A stretch of 32,000 bases of DNA from Candidatus Nitrosopumilus koreensis AR1 (GCF_000299365.1 NC_018655.1:60001-92000), one strand, 5' to 3'; numbered from the stretch's first letter, positions 1 to 8,263 are shown. Numbers and translations: made by a program. Notes: generated by a model not told the origin, from the sequence alone.

Positions 1-83
1 TCATAATCAATTCTTGCTACTCCTCTTCCAACATCTCTAGTGTATGCCTCTAGAACTTTGAGAGAGAGTGCATTTTGGCTCAT
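1..83 (-). CDS. CDC48/VCP-like AAA+ ATPase, first 27 codons only (gene runs off the window start)
   Basis: The reverse complement of 1-83 starts at ATG (83-81) and reads MSQNALSLKVLEAYTRDVGRGVARIDY. This matches the usual start of the archaeal CDC48 N-domain (..EA..RDVGRG.ARID). It is truncated, so it is absent from the ORF track. Confidence 0.55.
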   Translation of the reverse strand, partial: MSQNALSLKVLEAYTRDVGRGVARIDY

Positions 84-188
84 ATACAAATGCCCTCTGT
101 CTAATTTTTATACCTTTGTGGTAATTTCTCTAAATGACAGGTAAAAATCACAAGCTTAAAATCCTCTTTACGTAGGAAACGATCAACT

Positions 189-923
189 TTGGGTAAGAGA
201 CCATTAGTAAGAAGACGTGGCCGTGGAGGAAATCAATTTAGATCTACATCTACTGGAAAAGTAGGCACCAAAGCAAACTATCCTCGTTTCTCATTATCTG
301 AACAACATGAAGGAGAAATTATTGATCTTGTTCATGAACGTGGAAGAGAAGCACCTTTAGCTAAAGTTAGATTTGAAGATGGATCAGTATCATTTGTTCC
401 AGCGGTTCTTGGTGCAAAAGTTGGCACAACTTTGCAATTTGGATTAAAATCAAAAATTGAAAAAGGAAATGTAATTAGCATTCAAAATATTCCTGATGGT
501 ACTATAGTCTGTAATATTGAAAAGCACTTTGGTGATGGTGGAGCAATTGTAAAATCTGCAGGAACTGATGCAACTGTTTTCTCTCATGGTGATGAAGGTG
601 TTACTGTTAAACTTCCTTCTGGAAAATTTACTACTCTAAATCCAAAAAATAGAGCCATGATTGGAACCCTTGCTGGAGGCGGATCTAGTGAAAGGCCATT
701 TATGAGTGCAGGAGGTAAATGGAGAAACTTCAAAGCTAAAGGAAAGAAATATCCAATAGTCAGAGGTGTTGCTCAAGCAGCTTATGTTCACCCACACGGT
801 GGTGGTCGTCATCAACATGTTGGGCAAAGTTCCACTGTTTCTAGAGATGCTCCTCCTGGAGCAAAAGTTGGAAGTATTGCTGCAAGAAAGACTGGTAGAG
901 CTAGAATTAAAGAAAGAAAGTAA
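189..923 (+). CDS. rpl2: 50S ribosomal protein uL2 (L2P)
   Basis: 244-aa ORF with a TTG start at 189. It has the N-terminal MGKRPLVRRRGRGG and the conserved YVHPHGGGRHQHVG block typical of uL2. Confidence 0.95.
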   Translation: MGKRPLVRRRGRGGNQFRSTSTGKVGTKANYPRFSLSEQHEGEIIDLVHERGREAPLAKVRFEDGSVSFVPAVLGAKVGTTLQFGLKSKIEKGNVISIQNIPDGTIVCNIEKHFGDGGAIVKSAGTDATVFSHGDEGVTVKLPSGKFTTLNPKNRAMIGTLAGGGSSERPFMSAGGKWRNFKAKGKKYPIVRGVAQAAYVHPHGGGRHQHVGQSSTVSRDAPPGAKVGSIAARKTGRARIKERK

Positions 924-973
924 TTTTCTATTTGACCCAAAATTGATTAATAGCTCCAAACAATCTTTGTTAA

Positions 974-1252
974 ATGTCAAATCAACGAATTAGACTTTTT
1001 GTAACAGGTAGAGTTCAAGGTGTTTTTTTTCGTCAGACGTTGAAAACAAGAGCAATACAAAATGATGTTTTTGGATGGGTAAAAAATCTCAAAGACGGTC
1101 GTGTTGAGGCTGTTTTAGAAGGAGATGAAGAAAATGTCAGCCGTCTAGTTGAGTGGGCTCATGGTGGCCCTGCAAATGCGATAGTTGAAGATGTAGAAAT
1201 CCGTAATGAAAAATTTACTGGCGAATTTTCAAAGTTTGATGTTTTGTATTAA
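974..1252 (+). CDS. acyP: acylphosphatase
   Basis: 92 aa. Carries the acylphosphatase signatures GRVQGVFFR and GWVKNLKDGRVE. Confidence 0.9.
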   Translation: MSNQRIRLFVTGRVQGVFFRQTLKTRAIQNDVFGWVKNLKDGRVEAVLEGDEENVSRLVEWAHGGPANAIVEDVEIRNEKFTGEFSKFDVLY

Positions 1253-1581
1253 TGAATTTGTTCGTATGCTTCTTTAATCAAATCGCCAAATTCAGAAATT
1301 TGTTGGTCTTTATTGATTTGAATAATTCCTACAGGTTCTTTTCTATTCTTCTGAATTTTTATGATCACACCTTCTTTTTGAGGCTCTATGTCTGTAAACC
1401 ATCGAAATGTCATTGATTTGCAAAAAACAACTCTGTGCATTCTGACATCTTCAACCACATTTTCTCCTAAACCAAAACAAAATTCTCTAATTGAATCAAA
1501 AAGCGGTAATACTTGAGTGGGAATTTGTTTTCTAAACTCTTCATAACTTCTTTTGTTTCCAAATGAAATCATTCCTTCCAT
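1249..1581 (-). CDS. hypothetical protein (possibly a DUF5655-like small domain)
   Basis: 110-aa ORF with no competing frame. It overlaps the acyP stop convergently by 4 nt. I recognise no diagnostic motif. Confidence 0.5.
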   Translation of the reverse strand: MEGMISFGNKRSYEEFRKQIPTQVLPLFDSIREFCFGLGENVVEDVRMHRVVFCKSMTFRWFTDIEPQKEGVIIKIQKNRKEPVGIIQINKDQQISEFGDLIKEAYEQIH

Positions 1582-1674
1582 GAATTTGTAAATCTGAATT
1601 TAGAACAGGGCACGGCTGGCACCCCGATCCTACCTACTACCAATTTTTCTAAAACAAAGTATGCTATATTTGCA

Positions 1675-2589
1675 TTAGGTTTGATTCTCTTTTAGTTTCA
1701 ATACCATGTTGCAAACTGAGCATACATTTCCTGTACAATCATTGCCGCATTTCTTACAAATCATTTTTTCTTTATAGTTTGTTTCTTTTACGATGTTTGA
1801 TACTCTGAGAACTGATTGATACAAATTATTTTTAATTCCACTATGTTGTTTTTCTAATGAATTTAGAAATTCACGAATTTCTGTTCTTATTCCCTCATTC
1901 ATGTGAGGACAAGGTTCTGATTGAAATGGAATGTTATTTGTAAATGCATAAAATACTATTTCTGATTCGTATATCTCACAAAATGGTTTGATTTTTCTTA
2001 AAGAGTTTGAAGATGTATCAGGATCCATCCATCCAATCTTGTTAGTATCTCCTGAAAGCATGTTTATGACAAATGTTTGTAATGTATCGTCTAGATTATG
2101 TCCTGTTGCAATGACATCTGCGCCGATATCTTTTGCAGCATGATCAATTGCTCTTCTTCTAAGAGTACCGCAAATTGAACATGATGATGTTTTCTCATTC
2201 TCTCTCAAGTCTAACGCTTCATCGAGTGTAATCTCAAACAGATCCTTGTAAGAGTAAACTTTGTGTTCTACACCTAATTTTCCACAAAACTTTTCAACAA
2301 TTTCCAGTGCTTCATTTCTATATCCTGGAATCCCTTCATCAATAGTAATTGCTTTAATTCTAAAATTATGAGTCGATGACATTTCATGAATAATCTTCAA
2401 GAGTGCCAATGAGTCTTTGCCTCCGGATACTGCAACTGCAACTAATTCATTATTCTGAATCATTTTGTGCTTGGAAATGGTTTTTGCAGTTTTTCTTACA
2501 ATTGAATTTGAGAAACATTCAGAACATAGTTTTTGTCCTGAATACTTTCTAGTATAAACTGCTAAATTTTCACAGCCATCACATTTCAT
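1675..2589 (-). CDS. ncsA: tRNA 2-thiolation PP-loop ATPase (NcsA/Ctu1/TtuA family)
   Basis: 304 aa. PP-loop SGGKDS, an N-terminal CDGC..CSEC pair and a C-terminal CKKCGNDC..CSVC zinc-finger pair; this architecture is typical of the family. Confidence 0.8.
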   Translation of the reverse strand: MKCDGCENLAVYTRKYSGQKLCSECFSNSIVRKTAKTISKHKMIQNNELVAVAVSGGKDSLALLKIIHEMSSTHNFRIKAITIDEGIPGYRNEALEIVEKFCGKLGVEHKVYSYKDLFEITLDEALDLRENEKTSSCSICGTLRRRAIDHAAKDIGADVIATGHNLDDTLQTFVINMLSGDTNKIGWMDPDTSSNSLRKIKPFCEIYESEIVFYAFTNNIPFQSEPCPHMNEGIRTEIREFLNSLEKQHSGIKNNLYQSVLRVSNIVKETNYKEKMICKKCGNDCTGNVCSVCNMVLKLKENQT

Positions 2590-2632
2590 GAACTTGAATA
2601 ATTTTTTTCATTAATGATTCTTTAGGTATTTT

Positions 2633-3784
2633 CTATATTGTGAACCAACCAGATTTTAGATATGATAGGGCAATATTTAGGCCAAATAAAGCAAAAGTGA
2701 ATGCATAGATTCCCCACATTACGCCATTTACCGATTTTTCTGAAATTCTTTTATCAATTATTGTATGGATGAATTTTCCACCATCTAAAATTGGTAATGG
2801 AAGCATGTTGATTATTCCGATGAAAAATGATATCATCCAAAGCCATAAGAGAAACATTGAAACATTTGGATCATTCCATTCAATGAAATTCATTACCGGT
2901 TTGTATGCAAATGAATTATCTCTCATAATACCGATCAATCCTCTTTCTGGATCATCTGGTGCTGCCATTACTTCAAGATTAAATTCTAAAGGCTGTCCGT
3001 CTCTAAGCACGGAAACACTTGCCATATCTCCTGGATTCAAACTGGGGAAATCAACCGGACTTAAAATCGGTTTGTCATTGATTGATGTTATAATGTCGTT
3101 TGCAAGCAATCCTGCTTGTTCAGCTCCTGAGTTTTCAATGATTGAAAGAATTAGAACACCTTCTGGTAATTCATAAAATGAACTCAAAAGTGGTTCAGGT
3201 AAAACCATTGCAAAAAATGGGTTTGTAAGTAAAATTGCTCCTAAAACGAATGCAAAAATTACATTTGATGTGGCTCCTGCTCCAATTACTCTAAGCTTTG
3301 AAATTTTTTTTGCTTTGTTGAATTCTTCTTCATCAGGTTCTACAAACCCTGCAAACATTGCGATGAATATTGCAAAACCTCCTGTTTTGATCTTGATTTT
3401 TTCTAATGCTGCAACAATTCCATGTGCACCTTCGTGAATTACTAGTACAACTGGAATTGATAATAGAAAATATGTGATTGATGCAGCTGAGGTCAATGTT
3501 ACACCTGGAATCAGAACCGTCAATTCTGAGAATTCTGTTTGTGCAACAAAAAAGTTTGCAACATTATTTAACAAAAACCAAAATGCAAAACCCATCATGA
3601 GAAAACCTGAAATTACACTTACATCTGCAAAAACTCTAATTCCTCTTCTTGTCCGACTAAGAAGTTTCAAAAGTATTGAGTTGACTTGTTTATTTTTGTA
3701 AGTTAGACTGTATGCCTTTATTTCAAAACCGTGTTTTTCTAATTTTAGCCCCTTTGCAACAATGACAATAACAACCCATGCCAT
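2633..3784 (-). CDS. site-2 protease, M50 family membrane metalloprotease with PDZ domain
   Basis: HExxH (HEGAHG), the second motif NMLPLPILDGG, a PDZ-like segment (GAEQAGLLANDIITSINDKPI) and multiple hydrophobic helices. The longest ORF reaches 3970 but would overlap cutA by 98 nt, so I chose the ATG at 3784. A TTG at 3829 is an alternative start. Confidence 0.8.
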   Translation of the reverse strand: MAWVVIVIVAKGLKLEKHGFEIKAYSLTYKNKQVNSILLKLLSRTRRGIRVFADVSVISGFLMMGFAFWFLLNNVANFFVAQTEFSELTVLIPGVTLTSAASITYFLLSIPVVLVIHEGAHGIVAALEKIKIKTGGFAIFIAMFAGFVEPDEEEFNKAKKISKLRVIGAGATSNVIFAFVLGAILLTNPFFAMVLPEPLLSSFYELPEGVLILSIIENSGAEQAGLLANDIITSINDKPILSPVDFPSLNPGDMASVSVLRDGQPLEFNLEVMAAPDDPERGLIGIMRDNSFAYKPVMNFIEWNDPNVSMFLLWLWMISFFIGIINMLPLPILDGGKFIHTIIDKRISEKSVNGVMWGIYAFTFALFGLNIALSYLKSGWFTI

Positions 3785-3872
3785 TAACACATAGATAATC
3801 GAATTTTGGGTAATAAAATCAAGTTCCAAACTAATTGTAATTTTTTTAAGGTACGGACATTTATCGGTTACT

Positions 3873-4184
3873 ATGAAACCGGCAGTGATCATCTCAACAT
3901 ATCCTGATAAAAAATCAATCACAAAACTTGCAAAAGTGTTTGTAAAAAATAAGACAGTCGCATGTGTCAATATTTCTAAAATATCTTCAATCTACTCTTG
4001 GAACAAAAAAATTGAAAATACCTCTGAATACATTGCTATTTTTAAAACTACGTCAAAGAATAAGAAATTACTTGAAGAAAAAATCAAGGAAACCCATCCA
4101 TATGATGTTCCTGAAATTGCTGAAATTGATCTAGCTTCAATAAACAAACCATACCTTGATTGGCTGATAGACTCTACAAATTAA
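3873..4184 (+). CDS. cutA: divalent-cation tolerance protein CutA
   Basis: 103 aa with a CutA1-like sequence (VACVNI...SIYSWNKKIE...HPYDVPEI). Confidence 0.85.
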   Translation: MKPAVIISTYPDKKSITKLAKVFVKNKTVACVNISKISSIYSWNKKIENTSEYIAIFKTTSKNKKLLEEKIKETHPYDVPEIAEIDLASINKPYLDWLIDSTN

Positions 4185-5229
4185 GATTCTACTGAATATC
4201 GTAACAAGGAAACAATTCCTCCCAAACCTGTTACTCTTAGACCGATGTCTGTAGACGAGTCGACACTATACATCTTCACTCCCTTTTTCTCGACATCATT
4301 TAGAAAATCTATCATTTTTTGTTCATCATCTTGAATTGCTTTATCTGAAAAAACAAGAGACTCAACTGCTCCCATTTGGTTTGCATTAAACGTCTCATCA
4401 AAACCCATAGTGAATTTTTTACTTTTTTATTTGCAAGAAGCATAACTTCATCGATAATTGATGATACTTTTGCCAGTTTACTATCTGACATTATATCTTT
4501 CATTGTGTTGGATTTTGTAAATGTGTAAATTCCATCTTCTCCTCCGGAATCTATTCCTTCAACCACCTGTACTTTGATTTTTTGAAAATTTGGAGATTTT
4601 TGAATAAAATTTGCAAATCTTTTCTTTGTTTCACCAGGACCAAAAATTACTATCTCATCTCCATCTTTTAGAATAGTTGAAACTGCTTGTTGTACTTGTT
4701 CAAAGAATTTTTCGATGTTAAAATTAGTTTTGTATCTCTTTCCTCCAGAACCTGAATAGATATTTGGCATAAATTCTAAATGTGTTCCTCTTAATCTTGC
4801 AATTCCACTATCTCCTGTGTCTATTGCTACTAGCACAAAACCAACTTGGTTGTTACTTGATTCTAAAAGATTTTTTTCAAATGGTAACCATTTTTTCTTT
4901 GAGATTGTAATTCCATCATTAATTTTCAAAATAAATGAGTGATGTGTTCCATGTGGTACTGATTCATTACTTGATTCAGATATTGTTCCTCCGATTCTTA
5001 ATCTATCTAACACGTCATCAAGTGAAATTTTTTCTACAGTTAATGCAATTCGAACTTTAATTCTCTCTCCTTTGTCTGGCCTTGAATAGTCTTTATCTTG
5101 TTTTAGTACTCTAGTTGTATCGCCAATAACTTTGTCATTTTCTTTAATTATTCTACGTAAATTCAAAAGATCATCAGAATCTTCTGGAATTACAGAAATT
5201 AAATTATCATCAATTTTCTTTGTAATCAT
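4181..5229 (-). pseudogene. pelA: Pelota/Dom34 mRNA-surveillance protein, split into two ORFs (4312-5229 and 4181-4408) by a 1-nt deficit in a poly-A run
   Basis: The 305-aa ORF has Pelota N- and central domains. The 75-aa ORF (GFDETFNANQMGAVESLVFSD...) is the eRF1-like C-terminal domain in another frame. The span is 1049 nt (2 mod 3). One extra A in either A6 run (plus-strand T6 at 4415-4420 or 4423-4428) gives a continuous 349-aa protein. Confidence 0.85.
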
Positions 5230-5261
5230 GTTGTTATTCTAGTCTACAAAGAGAAAAGAGT

Positions 5262-5675
5262 TTAGTTTGTTACTTCGTTAGCTTTTTCTTCAGATTTCTT
5301 CTTCAGGTAACTTTCAACCCAATCCAAAGTAAGAACTCCTGATTCAGCCAAATTTGTTAAAGAATTTGCAGATGCTTCACCCGTTACTTTACCATGATTT
5401 CTTTTTAATTGACGCCATTTGAGAGATGTATTGCCACTCTTTGAATTATAGATGATTCCCAGAATGTCCCTTGCATTAACAAATGTAATGTCTCTAATTT
5501 TTTTCAATGTTACTTTGTCAGCTGCTTCGACATAAATTGCACCTAGACTGTCTTCTCTTTCTGCAAATACTTCAGAGTCCTCCAAATAACTTCTTGGAGC
5601 ATAAGATTTGCATGTACTAGAGATGATGAATCTTCTAAAACTCTCTACTGATGCCGGGGTGTCAATTGCAACCAT
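5262..5675 (-). CDS. hypothetical protein
   Basis: 137-aa ORF. A TATA-like attataaat lies about 30 nt upstream on the minus strand. I recognise no motif. Confidence 0.5.
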   Translation of the reverse strand: MVAIDTPASVESFRRFIISSTCKSYAPRSYLEDSEVFAEREDSLGAIYVEAADKVTLKKIRDITFVNARDILGIIYNSKSGNTSLKWRQLKRNHGKVTGEASANSLTNLAESGVLTLDWVESYLKKKSEEKANEVTN

Positions 5676-5833
5676 TTTGAATGAATAATCTATTGGCCAT
5701 TTATAATATTATGTAAAATTGTTTATGCGTTGCTTGCCTGCTATTTTTCTATTTGAATATGCTTCATAAGTTAATCTAAGATTAGCTTTTTTTCCATCAC
5801 AGATGCTTTAAGATCAATGTGTTGGGAGTAATT

Positions 5834-7021
5834 ATGTTTACTCGGAATTATAAATTTAGATTATATCCAAATTCTAACCAAGAACGTCATTTACAAAATA
5901 ATTTGGCAGTATGCAGATGGTTATACAACAAATTTGTAAAACAAGCTAAAAAATCATTTCTTAGTAGAAATGATATGAATTATTTTTTAACTGAACTAAA
6001 ACAATCAGAACCCTGGCTTTACAACTATTACAGTAAAATGCTTCAAATGGTATCGACACAGATTGAATCGGCAGAGAAATCATTAATTAAACTAAACAAG
6101 AAAGGATACAAAACAGGCACTATAAAATTTGCGATATACAATGAATATCGTACTTTCACGTATAACCAGTCAGGATTCAAATTTGAAAAGCGTGGAGATA
6201 AAACATTATTGCATCTCTCAAAGATTGGATATGTAGAAATCAGAAGACATAGGAAATTTCCAGATAATGCAAACATAAAACAAGTTATAGTTACAAAATC
6301 CAAATCAGGAAAATGGTATGCATGTTTAACATGCGATATTGTGGAATCATTGTTCAACATTCCAAAAATTGATTTCAAAAAATCAGTCGGAATTGATGTC
6401 GGCATAAAATCATTCACGTATGATTCAGATGGTTGCTCCACACCAAATCCATTAAACCTCAAAAAGATGCTAAAACCACTTGCAAGAGCACAAAGAAAGG
6501 TATCTAGAAGAAAGAAGGGATCAAACAACAGACTCAAGGCAATACGACACTTACAGAAAATACACGAAATAATAGCAAATAGAAGAAAAGACTTTCAGCA
6601 CAAACTATCTACACAATATGCAAAAAACAATGACGTCGTATTTGTAGAAAAACTGGAAAAACTAAACATGGTAAAAAATCGTAGATTATCTAGAAGTATA
6701 ATGGATTCTAGTTGGGGAATGTTTTTGCAAAAATTGGAATACAAATGCAAACTGTTGGTTGAAGTATCATCTCAAAATACAACTATTGATTGCTCACGTT
6801 GTGGCAACAAAGTGCCAAAGGGTTTAACTGTTAGAATTCATAGATGCGGTAAATGTAATCTTGTAATTGATAGAGATTACAACGCAAGCATCAACATCTT
6901 GCAAAAAGGATTGAAAATATTTGGTCAAGATAATCTACCTCAGGAACTGTGGAAAGTAACGCCTGTAGAGATCTCTATGAGGTCTGTGAAGCAGGAACAA
7001 ATCATCCAACGTTTTAGATGA
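5834..7021 (+). CDS. tnpB: TnpB (OrfB) RNA-guided endonuclease, IS200/IS605 family
   Basis: N-terminal RNYKFRLYPN...Q...L motif. RuvC-I GIDVGIKSF, RuvC-II VVFVEKLEKLN, zinc finger CSRCGN..CGKC, RuvC-III IDRDYNASINI. The ATG at 5834 is preferred over the GTG at 5819. Confidence 0.9.
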   Translation: MFTRNYKFRLYPNSNQERHLQNNLAVCRWLYNKFVKQAKKSFLSRNDMNYFLTELKQSEPWLYNYYSKMLQMVSTQIESAEKSLIKLNKKGYKTGTIKFAIYNEYRTFTYNQSGFKFEKRGDKTLLHLSKIGYVEIRRHRKFPDNANIKQVIVTKSKSGKWYACLTCDIVESLFNIPKIDFKKSVGIDVGIKSFTYDSDGCSTPNPLNLKKMLKPLARAQRKVSRRKKGSNNRLKAIRHLQKIHEIIANRRKDFQHKLSTQYAKNNDVVFVEKLEKLNMVKNRRLSRSIMDSSWGMFLQKLEYKCKLLVEVSSQNTTIDCSRCGNKVPKGLTVRIHRCGKCNLVIDRDYNASINILQKGLKIFGQDNLPQELWKVTPVEISMRSVKQEQIIQRFR

Positions 7022-7138
7022 TAGTTCACCAAGCTTCTTGAAAGACTCAATAGGAATCTCGCTCAAACATGGTTTGCAGGTGGTGATGAACCTATCCCTT
7101 TGAAATGATGATGAGGATCTTGAGTTCTGAGCCTGCCT
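6950..7138 (+). ncRNA. candidate TnpB omega (re)RNA scaffold overlapping the 3' end of tnpB and the right end of the element
   Basis: It begins near the conserved ..VTPVE.. codons. It contains the palindrome tagagatctcta, the hairpin atcatc-N10-gatgat across the stop codon, and possible long-range pairing of actcaa with ttgagt. The region is visibly more GC-rich than other intergenic DNA here. The ends are not determined. Confidence 0.35.
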
Positions 7139-7171
7139 ATGATTTTAATTGGTGATTCACTTAGAAAATTT

Positions 7172-7591
7172 ATGAACTCCCTTACTGAATATCTGACCTT
7201 TAATGTTCAATCACGTAGAGGCTTTGTCAATATTACTCCTGATATTAGAAAATTAGTAACTCAAAGCAAAGTCAAAGAAGGTTTGTGTCTTGTTAATGCG
7301 ATGCATATTACTGCAAGTATTTTTATCAATGACAATGAGGGTGGACTACTACATGATTATGAAAAATGGTTAGAAGAATTAGCACCTCATGCTCCAGTTA
7401 ATCAATACAAGCATAATGATACTGGAGAGGATAATGCAGATGCCCATTTAAAAAGACAAGTGATGGGAAGGGAAGTAGTTGTTGCAATTACTAATGGTGA
7501 ATTAGATTTTGGTCCATGGGAACAAATTTTCTATGGGGAATTTGATGGAAAACGACCAAAAAGAGTTTTAGTTAAAATAATTGGTGAATAG
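7172..7591 (+). CDS. yjbQ: YjbQ/UPF0047 family protein (secondary thiamine-phosphate synthase-like)
   Basis: Family-typical blocks [29 protein letters not shown] and [14 protein letters not shown]. The ATG at 7172 is preferred to 7139 because 7139-7171 would lie in the IS flank and promoter. Confidence 0.85.
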   Translation: MNSLTEYLTFNVQSRRGFVNITPDIRKLVTQSKVKEGLCLVNAMHITASIFINDNEGGLLHDYEKWLEELAPHAPVNQYKHNDTGEDNADAHLKRQVMGREVVVAITNGELDFGPWEQIFYGEFDGKRPKRVLVKIIGE

Positions 7592-7595
7592 TTTT

Positions 7596-7760
7596 CTATC
7601 CAAAATCTGCATCACGTTTTTGACTTTGTGATTCATTCTTTCTTGCAGCAGCCCTGAATTCTTCATCATGATTTTGAGGTCCATGTCCACATTTTACACA
7701 TGCAATTTTGAACCCGTCATCATTTTTTTCATACGTTTCACATCCGCAAAAACATGCCAT
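7596..7760 (-). CDS. small Cys-rich (putative metal-binding) protein, 54 aa; below the ORF-track cutoff
   Basis: Manual translation gives MACFCGCETYEKNDDGFKIACVKCGHGPQNHDEEFRAAARKNESQSQKRDADFG. It has CxCxC plus CxxCxH. On the minus strand, TATA-like agatatatca is centred about 26 nt upstream of the ATG. It sits directly downstream of the DtxR-family gene. Confidence 0.5.
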   Translation of the reverse strand: MACFCGCETYEKNDDGFKIACVKCGHGPQNHDEEFRAAARKNESQSQKRDADFG

Positions 7761-7802
7761 GCATAGTCTAATTTCTAAGATGATATATCTTTTAGGATGT
7801 TG

Positions 7803-8261
7803 CTATGAAGATGCTTTACAACATTCTCCAACTGGAATGTCATGATCATGAGGACATTTTCTTGGATGTTTTAGCATTGTACATAATGCATCTGTAAATT
7901 GTTTGTTCATATGATGTTCTATGCCGCATACCATTTCTTCATCGATATCCACTTTGAGTGCACTATCCATCAAAACTTCTAATAATCTACTATTTCTCAT
8001 CATGCTAGAACCAATTGCTTGACCTTCATCTGTAAGTTTGACCCCTGCCTTGTTGTAAGTGACCAAATTCTTACTGTTCAGTTTTTTTAGCATTTGCACT
8101 ACACTTGGTTGTCTTACATTGAGCATCTTTGCAATTGTGCTAATTTTGACTTCTTCTCCTCTTTCTTTGATGTGCCAAATTGCTTTAAGATACATCTCCA
8201 CATGTTCAGCTTCTGCCGTTCCTACAAACAGAGTTTCTTCATCATCATCTAATACATCCAT
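7803..8261 (-). CDS. DtxR/MntR-family metal-dependent transcriptional regulator
   Basis: Winged-helix N-terminus (YLKAIWHI...ISTIAKMLNVRQPSVVQMLKKL), a dimerisation/metal domain and a C-terminal CPHDHDIP. The ATG at 8261 was chosen; it lies 2 nt after the upstream gene's stop. The longer ORF to 8342 overlaps that gene. Confidence 0.85.
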   Translation of the reverse strand: MDVLDDDEETLFVGTAEAEHVEMYLKAIWHIKERGEEVKISTIAKMLNVRQPSVVQMLKKLNSKNLVTYNKAGVKLTDEGQAIGSSMMRNSRLLEVLMDSALKVDIDEEMVCGIEHHMNKQFTDALCTMLKHPRKCPHDHDIPVGECCKASS

Positions 8262-8263
8262 AA

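Larger units (their letters stand above)
5740..7140 (+). mobile_element. IS200/IS605-family (IS1341-like) element carrying tnpB only; boundaries approximate
   Basis: A tnpB ORF with no adjacent tnpA. The left side has a 9-bp hairpin plus T7 (5768-5793). The right side is a GC-richer 117-nt non-coding tail (7022-7138). The flanking genes' own TATA boxes (about 5703-5711 on the minus strand, about 7143-7150 on the plus strand) bound the insert. Confidence 0.45.

Noticed and set aside
636-993. ORFs 636-980 (-) and 766-993 (+) overlapping rpl2
   Set aside because: These are shadow ORFs inside or opposite a confidently identified ribosomal protein gene. Their sequences are low-complexity and motif-free.
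2769-3701. Plus-strand ORFs 2769-3176 and 3474-3701
   Set aside because: They are antisense to the S2P protease gene, which has clear HExxH and LDG motifs. They are typical antisense shadow frames.
3785-3970. Long N-terminal extension of the S2P ORF (start at 3970)
   Set aside because: It would overlap the cutA start by 98 nt on the opposite strand, and the extra residues add no recognisable domain. An internal ATG at 3784 or a TTG at 3829 is more plausible.
6043-6537. 164-aa minus-strand ORF inside tnpB
   Set aside because: It is antisense to a complete TnpB with all catalytic motifs and has no independent support.
7022-7138. Possible tRNA or small ORF in the GC-richer spacer after tnpB
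   Set aside because: I could build no cloverleaf (no T-arm/GTTCRA-type loop with complementary stems), and only trivial ORFs such as ATGGTTTGCAGGTGGTGA are present. It is better explained as the right end and omega RNA region of the IS.
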